A DNA stretch of 64,000 bases from Anaeromyces robustus. Its lineage: Eukaryota. Below, piece by piece: positions 63,879 through 64,000 of the stretch (positions within the stretch are counted from its first letter, which is position 1; each line of letters starts with the position of its first letter). Where the stretch lies: contig MCFG01000089.1 of the NCBI GenBank assembly GCA_002104895.1, positions 1 through 64,000 on the forward strand. The letters are read 5' to 3'. The notes under the pieces are model-generated. The model searched no databases, had not been told where the DNA came from, and was given only the letters and a program-made list of their open reading frames with translations. The position numbers were made by a program, and so were the translations under genes.

Positions 63879-64000
63879 TGTTCAATTCTATATTATAATA
63901 GTTTATGGTTCTTTGTTTTAATTGTTCAATTCTATATTGTAATTACTTATAATTTTTTTTATTGTTTTATTGTTCAATCATATTTGTAATTATTTATTTT

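Overview
Extremely AT-rich, microsatellite-laden eukaryotic DNA with short GT-AG introns and fungal-type genes. By inference it comes from an anaerobic gut fungus (Neocallimastigomycota); this cannot be confirmed from the window alone. I spliced 15 protein-coding genes by hand: a TBC1D20/Gyp8-like Rab GAP, an AVT/SLC38 amino-acid transporter, two uncharacterised proteins (Asn-rich; coiled-coil), a BRI3-like small protein, a Cys-rich/TM/SH3 receptor-like protein, HUT1/SLC35B1, MRT4, YOP1/REEP, an unknown Cys-motif protein, a very large TRAF-zinc-finger + SPRY protein, an SRPBCC/START-like protein and three tandem AIG1/FAR-17a/rolling-stone-like membrane proteins. Most notable: (1) a bounded block (~38.8-46.2 kb) where three genes carry many 1-2 bp frameshifts, mostly in homopolymers, probably an assembly artefact, which hides the SPRY gene from ORF finders; (2) an identical CCAAT-N23-ATTGG inverted arrangement in two unrelated promoters; (3) a bacterial-looking SRPBCC gene next to a triplicated putative lipid-hydrolase array; (4) a CpG-rich, structured ~0.55 kb island near 63 kb (solo LTR or ncRNA?). 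I found no rRNA, tRNA or CRISPR array, and no clearly established new system. All family assignments come from motif recognition, not database searches.
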